Notes under the pieces: model-generated | The model's database searches: none | The model's input: only the letters and a program-made list of their open reading frames with translations | Told to the model about the DNA's origin: nothing | Assembly: GCF_000014785.1 (NCBI RefSeq) | Contig: NC_008340.1 | Span: forward strand, 1,410,001-1,442,000 | Direction: 5' to 3' | From: Alkalilimnicola ehrlichii MLHE-1 | Lineage (GTDB): Bacteria; Pseudomonadota; Gammaproteobacteria; Nitrococcales; Halorhodospiraceae | Length of the DNA: 32,000 bases | Program-made: the position numbers and the translations under genes | Shown here: positions 28,480 to 32,000 of the stretch, one piece after another | Layout: each line of letters starts with the position of its first letter | How positions within the stretch are numbered: position 1 is the first letter of the stretch

Positions 28480-29151
28480 GTGCACCCAGCGGTGCGCGTG
28501 GTGCTGGTATTGGCCCTGGCCCTGGTCCTGGCGCGGGCCTCGGTGGCCCAGGCCCTGGTGGCAGGGCTGCTGGTGCTGGCACTGTTGCCCTGGGGCAACC
28601 CCCGGGGCTGGCGGCGGCTGGCCATCGGGCTCTGGCGGTTGAAGTTCCTGTTCCTGTCCATCGCGGTGCTCTATCTGCTGCTGACCCCCGGCACCCCCAT
28701 CTGGCCGGCGTTACATGCGGGGGCCACGCCCAGTCGCGAGGGGTTGGCTGAGGGGCTGTTGCGGGTGGCGGCCCTGGCGGCCCTGTTGGCTGCCGTGCAC
28801 TGGCTGATGCGCACGCTCACCCGGGCCGAGCTGGTGGCCGGGCTGTCCTGGACCCTGCAGCCGCTGCGCTGGCTGGGGGCGGATGTGGATCGCCTGGCGA
28901 TCCGCCTGGTCCTGACCCTGGAGATCGTGCCCCGGTTGCGGGTGATGGTGGCGGCGACCCGCCGCGACTGGCGTGACGGCCACCCCTGGCGCCAGCCGGC
29001 GCGGTTCGCGGCGCAGGTGTTCGCCAGAGCCCTGGAGCACGCCGAACGCCGGCCGCCGCCGACCGTGACGGTGCCCCAGGGCGACCCGCCGCCGCTGAAC
29101 CAGATCCTACCCCTGGCCGCCGCCGCAGGGGCGGTGTTTTGGTGGCTGTGA
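28480..29151 (+). CDS. CbiQ/EcfT-like transmembrane protein (orphan ECF-transporter T-component-like, 223 aa)
   Basis: Multi-TM protein with high GC3. The central block TPSREGLAEGLLRVAALAALLAAVHWLMRTLTRAELVAGLSWTLQPLRWLGADVDRLAIRLVLTLEIVPRL follows the CbiQ/EcfT pattern (T.eGl...l.R......lll.tT.p.eL..aL..ll.Pl...g....el.l...lalRfiP.l). This is recognised by eye only. The GTG start has GGGGAG upstream and lies 30 nt after fimV. Confidence 0.55.
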   Translation: MHPAVRVVLVLALALVLARASVAQALVAGLLVLALLPWGNPRGWRRLAIGLWRLKFLFLSIAVLYLLLTPGTPIWPALHAGATPSREGLAEGLLRVAALAALLAAVHWLMRTLTRAELVAGLSWTLQPLRWLGADVDRLAIRLVLTLEIVPRLRVMVAATRRDWRDGHPWRQPARFAAQVFARALEHAERRPPPTVTVPQGDPPPLNQILPLAAAAGAVFWWL

Positions 29152-29176
29152 CCGTTAATCTGACCCAAACCTGCTC

Positions 29177-29962
29177 ATGAGTTATCGATTTGCCTTAGGC
29201 CTGGAATACGACGGCAGCGGCTTTTGCGGCTGGCAGCGCCAGGACCACGCGCCTTCGGTCCAGGCGGCGCTGGAGGCAGCGCTGTCGCGGGTCGCCGACG
29301 AGCCGGTGACTGTCACCTGCGCTGGACGCACGGACACCGGCGTGCACGCCACCGGCCAGGTGGTGCACTTCGAGACCGGTGCCTACCGGCCGGAACACGC
29401 CTGGGTGTTGGGGGCCAACGCCAACCTGCCCGACACGGTCTCGGTGCATTGGGTGCAACCGGTGAGCGAGGCCTTCCACGCCCGCTTCGGTGCGCTCCGC
29501 CGGAGCTATCGCTATGTCTGGTACTGCAGCCGCTCCCGGCCGGCCCTGTTGCGGGGGCGTGTGGCCTGGTCGAAGTACGCGCTGGATCCGGAACCCATGG
29601 CGATGGCGGCGGGGCACCTGTTGGGCCGGCACGATTTCTCCGCCTTCCGGGCCGTGGCCTGTCAGGCCAAACACCCGGTGCGCGAGCTCTATCGCCTCGA
29701 TGTGTGGGCCCGGGGTGGGTTTGTCTACCTGGATGTGTGCGCCAACGCCTTCCTCCATCACATGGTCCGAAACCTCGCCGGTACCCTGGCCCTGATCGGC
29801 CGGGGGGAACGGCCTGCGACTTGGGCCGCGGACCTGCTGGCCGGGGGCGACCGGACCCGGGCCGGGGCCACCGCGCCGGCCGAGGGCCTATACCTCGTTG
29901 GCGTGGACTATCCGGAGGCGTTCTCGCTGCCGCCACACGGCTGGTGGCCGCGCTTTGCCTGA
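29177..29962 (+). CDS. truA: tRNA pseudouridine(38-40) synthase
   Basis: RFALGLEYDGSGFCGWQRQ, GRTDTGVHA with the catalytic Asp, and FLHHMVRN are present. Confidence 0.95.
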   Translation: MSYRFALGLEYDGSGFCGWQRQDHAPSVQAALEAALSRVADEPVTVTCAGRTDTGVHATGQVVHFETGAYRPEHAWVLGANANLPDTVSVHWVQPVSEAFHARFGALRRSYRYVWYCSRSRPALLRGRVAWSKYALDPEPMAMAAGHLLGRHDFSAFRAVACQAKHPVRELYRLDVWARGGFVYLDVCANAFLHHMVRNLAGTLALIGRGERPATWAADLLAGGDRTRAGATAPAEGLYLVGVDYPEAFSLPPHGWWPRFA

Positions 29963-29982
29963 GCGGCCCCCCGCGGGTTAGC

Positions 29983-30675
29983 ATGAGCGGCTCTATTGCA
30001 TCCCTGTCCAGATCCGGAACCACCTTTATTGTGAGCGCCAACAGTTTTCGAACCCGAGTCAAGATCTGCGGAATCACCCGGCCCGAGGACGGACGCAAGG
30101 CGGCGCAGTTGGGCGCCGATGCGGTCGGTCTGGTCTTCCACGAGCGCAGTTGCCGGGCGGTCGACCGCGCCACGGCACAGGCGGTGATCGATGCCCTGCC
30201 GCCGTTCGTGACCGTGGTGGCCCTGTTTCAGGACCCGCAGGCCGCCTTCGTGCGCCAAGTGTTGCGGGAGTTGCGCATCGACCTGCTGCAATTCCACGGC
30301 GACGAGGCCCCGGAGTTCTGTGAGGGGTTTCACCGGCGGTACATCAAGGCCATCCCCATGGGGGAGCCGGGCGACCCCAAGGCCTGGGTGGCGCGCTACC
30401 CCTCTGCCGTCGGGTTCCTGCTCGACAGCCACAGTCGCGGCGCCAGCGGCGGCAGTGGTGAGATCTTTGACTGGGCGCGGGTGCCCCATGACGCCGGGGT
30501 CCCCCTGATCCTGGCCGGCGGGCTCTCCCCGGAGAACGTGGGCGGCGCGGTCCGGCAGGCGCGGCCCTTTGCGGTGGACGTGAGCACGGGCGTGGAGTCC
30601 GCGCCCGGGGTCAAGGACCCGGAGCTCATGGCCGCCTTCATCAGTGAGGTCAGCAATGTCCACCAAGGTGACTGA
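29983..30675 (+). CDS. trpF: N-(5'-phosphoribosyl)anthranilate isomerase
   Basis: [28 protein letters not shown] and VDVSTGVE are present. This is the C-terminal part of the 29224..30675 ORF. ATG 29983 gives an N-terminal extension of about 22 aa, and GTG 30031 is an alternative start with a more typical length. Confidence 0.88.
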   Translation: MSGSIASLSRSGTTFIVSANSFRTRVKICGITRPEDGRKAAQLGADAVGLVFHERSCRAVDRATAQAVIDALPPFVTVVALFQDPQAAFVRQVLRELRIDLLQFHGDEAPEFCEGFHRRYIKAIPMGEPGDPKAWVARYPSAVGFLLDSHSRGASGGSGEIFDWARVPHDAGVPLILAGGLSPENVGGAVRQARPFAVDVSTGVESAPGVKDPELMAAFISEVSNVHQGD

Positions 30676-31891
30676 CGTGATTGAACGCATCCCCGGCTTC
30701 GACCGCTACCCGGACGAGGCGGGGCATTTTGGGCCCTACGGCGGGCGCTTCGTTTCCGAGACCCTGATGGCTCCGCTGGACGAGCTGGCGCAGGCCTACG
30801 ATCACTACCGCAATGACCCGGAGTTTCTGGCCGAGATCGACCGGGATTTGCAGGACTTTGTCGGTCGGCCCAGCCCGCTGTACCTGGCGGAGCGCTGGAC
30901 CCAGCGGATCGGTGGTGCGCGGATCTACTTCAAGCGTGAAGACCTCAACCACACCGGCGCCCACAAGATCAACAACACCGTGGGCCAGGCGCTGCTGGCT
31001 AAGCGGATGGGCAAGACCCGGGTCATCGCTGAGACCGGTGCCGGGCAGCACGGCGTGGCCAGCGCCACGGTGGCGGCGCGCCTGGGCATGCAGTGCGTGG
31101 TGTATATGGGCGCGGACGACGTCAAGCGTCAGGCGGTCAATGTTTTCCGCATGCGCCTGCTCGGCGCCGAGGTGCGGCCGGTGGACGCCGGCACCCGGAC
31201 GCTCAAGGACGCCCTCAACGAGGCAATGCGCGACTGGGTGGCCCATGTGGACGACACCTTCTACATCATCGGCACCGTCGCCGGCCCCCACCCCTACCCG
31301 ATGATGGTGCGCGACTTTCAGACCGTGATCGGGCGGGAGGCGCGGCGCCAGATGCTCGAGCGCGAGGGCCGGCTGCCCGATGCCCTGGTGGCCTGTGTGG
31401 GGGGCGGCTCCAACGCCATTGGCCTGTTCCACCCCTTCCTGGCGGACCAGGCCGTGGCCATCTACGGGGTCGAGGCCGGCGGCGAAGGGGTGGAGAGCGG
31501 GCGGCATGCCGCGCCCCTGTGCGCCGGCCGCTCCGGGGTGCTGCACGGCAACCGCACCTACCTGATGATGAACGACTCCGGCCAGATCCAGGGGACCCAC
31601 TCGATCTCTGCCGGGCTCGACTACCCGGGGGTCGGGCCGGAGCATGCCTGGCTGAAGGACTCCGGCCGTGCCCAATACGTCAGCGTGACCGATGACGAGG
31701 CCCTGGAGGCGTTCCACGAGGTGACCCGCTGCGAGGGCATCATGCCAGCCCTGGAGACCGCCCATGCCCTGGCCTATGCCCGCAAGCTGGCCGCCGGGAT
31801 GAGCCCGGAGCAGAGCGTGGTGGTGAGCCTGTCCGGGCGGGGTGACAAGGATATTGCGACGGTGGCCGAGCTGGAGGGCATTGAGCTATGA
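30656..31891 (+). CDS. trpB: Tryptophan synthase beta chain
   Basis: [25 protein letters not shown] with the PLP lysine, and GGGSNAIG are present. ATG 30656 has GAGG 6 nt upstream and overlaps the trpF end by 20 nt. Confidence 0.95.
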   Translation: MSTKVTDVIERIPGFDRYPDEAGHFGPYGGRFVSETLMAPLDELAQAYDHYRNDPEFLAEIDRDLQDFVGRPSPLYLAERWTQRIGGARIYFKREDLNHTGAHKINNTVGQALLAKRMGKTRVIAETGAGQHGVASATVAARLGMQCVVYMGADDVKRQAVNVFRMRLLGAEVRPVDAGTRTLKDALNEAMRDWVAHVDDTFYIIGTVAGPHPYPMMVRDFQTVIGREARRQMLEREGRLPDALVACVGGGSNAIGLFHPFLADQAVAIYGVEAGGEGVESGRHAAPLCAGRSGVLHGNRTYLMMNDSGQIQGTHSISAGLDYPGVGPEHAWLKDSGRAQYVSVTDDEALEAFHEVTRCEGIMPALETAHALAYARKLAAGMSPEQSVVVSLSGRGDKDIATVAELEGIEL

Positions 31892-32000
31892 ACCGTCTGG
31901 AAAAGCGCATGTCGGCCTGCCGGAAGGCGGGGCGCAAGGCCCTGATCCCCTATATCACCGCCGGCGACCCCGGCCCGGAGCACACCGTGCCCCTCATGCA
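31888..32000 (+). CDS. trpA: Tryptophan synthase alpha chain, N-terminal fragment that runs off the 3' edge
   Basis: ATG 31888 overlaps the trpB stop (ATGA). My own translation, [37 protein letters not shown], matches the conserved TrpA N-terminus ([11 protein letters not shown]). Confidence 0.88.
   Translation, partial: MNRLEKRMSACRKAGRKALIPYITAGDPGPEHTVPLM

Noticed and set aside
29224-29982. The N-terminal 253 codons of the 483-aa ORF 29224..30675, which overlap truA in another frame.
   Set aside because: This part is Arg/Gly/Pro-rich junk that overlaps the well-supported truA frame. Only the segment from 29983 (or 30031) onward is TrpF.

Overview
This is a visibly GC-rich window with strong G/C preference at third codon positions. 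It is densely packed, mostly on the + strand, with core housekeeping genes of a gammaproteobacterium. The gene order (leuCDB-asd-fimV-truA-trpF) and the Prx5-Grx hybrid peroxiredoxin suggest a Chromatiales/Ectothiorhodospiraceae- or Pseudomonas-like lineage, but the organism cannot be named from sequence alone.

Gene order:
- Tail of an RND adaptor, then an RND permease, a CinA/MoCF-like protein and a small 2-TM protein, all joined by start/stop overlaps.
- A convergent YbfB/YjiJ-type MFS gene and tRNA-Leu(CAA).
- queA-tgt-yajC-yajC'-secD-secF, with yajC tandemly duplicated.
- A CBS-pair protein followed by the prkA(yeaG)-yeaH-spoVR(ycgB) triad.
- A convergent Prx5-Grx hybrid peroxiredoxin and a divergent GNAT acetyltransferase.
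- aroC overlapping an HcaT-like MFS transporter.
- leuC-leuD-leuB-asd-fimV, an orphan CbiQ/EcfT-like membrane protein, then truA-trpF-trpB-trpA (trpA runs off the 3' edge).

I see no CRISPR array, IS element, integrase, prophage, toxin-antitoxin or recognisable defence genes. I do not think the window holds an obvious novel multi-gene system.

The items most worth a second look:
- the diverged tandem yajC pair;
- the CBS + PrkA/YeaH/SpoVR stress module, a conserved family whose mechanism is still poorly understood;
- the orphan EcfT-like gene between fimV and truA;
- a Shine-Dalgarno-equipped upstream mini-ORF overlapping the start of the YbfB-like MFS gene;
- an OxyR/LysR-type dyad upstream of the peroxiredoxin.

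The many long ORFs antisense to or out of frame with these genes are high-GC artefacts.
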